Source: a virus. From it: 64,000 nt of DNA. Location: positions 32,001 to 96,000 of the IMG/VR virus record IMGVR_UViG_3300003323_000257; one strand, given 5' to 3'. This document shows positions 63,597-64,000 of the stretch, in pieces; within the stretch, counting starts at the first letter, position 1; every line of letters starts with the position of its first letter. A program made the position numbers and the translations under genes. Under the pieces are notes generated by a model. It saw only the letters and a program-made list of their open reading frames with translations. It was not told where the DNA came from and searched no databases.

Positions 63597-64000
63597 TTAC
63601 ACCAGTGGGAACGGAGTATTGAAGATAGGATAATTAGCGGTGTACCTGCAAACACCTTTCGTTACCCGAATGTCCTTCATGTATCCGGTGAGCGGTCCTG
63701 CTGGGGCTAGCGTTGCGCCCAATGCACAGCTACCATCAGATGCGTTAATAGCCGCTCCTGTTACAGAACCTTGCAATTTACCGTCGAGGAACAGACGCAT
63801 GGTGTCATTAGAAGCATCATGAGCCAAGCATACTTGGTGCCATGTACCAGTAGTGAAGCCAGTTCCTGATGGAGCAATGAACTGGTTGGTATACGTCGAT
63901 GCTGCTAACTTACCAGTGGTCTGACCTAACTGCAAGATCACCCCGCTGTTTGAGCCTACATTACAGAAGGACAGCAGGTCAACCAAAGAGGCCAAGCTTG
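63597..64000 (-). CDS. C-terminal LamG/concanavalin-A-like domain of a gene extending beyond the window (likely fibre/adhesin)
   Basis: WHQVCLAH...MRLFLDGKLQG...GYMKDIRVTKGVCRYTANY. Confidence 0.7.
   Translation of the reverse strand, partial: SLASLVDLLSFCNVGSNSGVILQLGQTTGKLAASTYTNQFIAPSGTGFTTGTWHQVCLAHDASNDTMRLFLDGKLQGSVTGAAINASDGSCALGATLAPAGPLTGYMKDIRVTKGVCRYTANYPIFNTPFPLV

Overview
64 kb of a large lytic dsDNA myophage genome. The gene content and T4-like baseplate suggest a jumbo phage, probably of a proteobacterial host (inference; no database search was run). Nearly all genes are on the + strand. In order: small accessory and counter-defence genes (Tpt1/KptA, HAD nucleotidase, Tad2-like and Gp49/Acb4-like putative sponges, AAA ATPase); family A DNA polymerase, primase and spanins; a 10-gene 7-deazaguanine DNA-modification locus; nucleotide and transcription genes (ThyX, DUF3310, paired wHTH, SWIM, divergent sigma factor); a gp32-like SSB with a very long block-charged tail; RecA/UvsX, terminase, RuvC and portal; and a contractile tail/baseplate module. 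The modification locus has queD, a dpdL-like T-fold gene, an unknown ORF, a GT-B glycosyltransferase, a kinase-nucleotidyltransferase fusion, a dpdA/TGT-like gene, another unknown ORF, queE, folE and a HAD phosphatase, but no queC/queF in the window. It is the strongest candidate for an undescribed system: a possibly glycosylated and/or pre-replicatively installed 7-deazaguanine base, with a candidate two-state RNA switch in front of queD. Other notable signals: three endonuclease cassettes that duplicate the 5' end of the essential gene they sit in front of, two phage promoter motifs (AGTAAATA, ACAATTTAAT), several structured RNA leaders, and a candidate -1 frameshift in the tail chaperone. 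No tRNA, rRNA or CRISPR array was seen.
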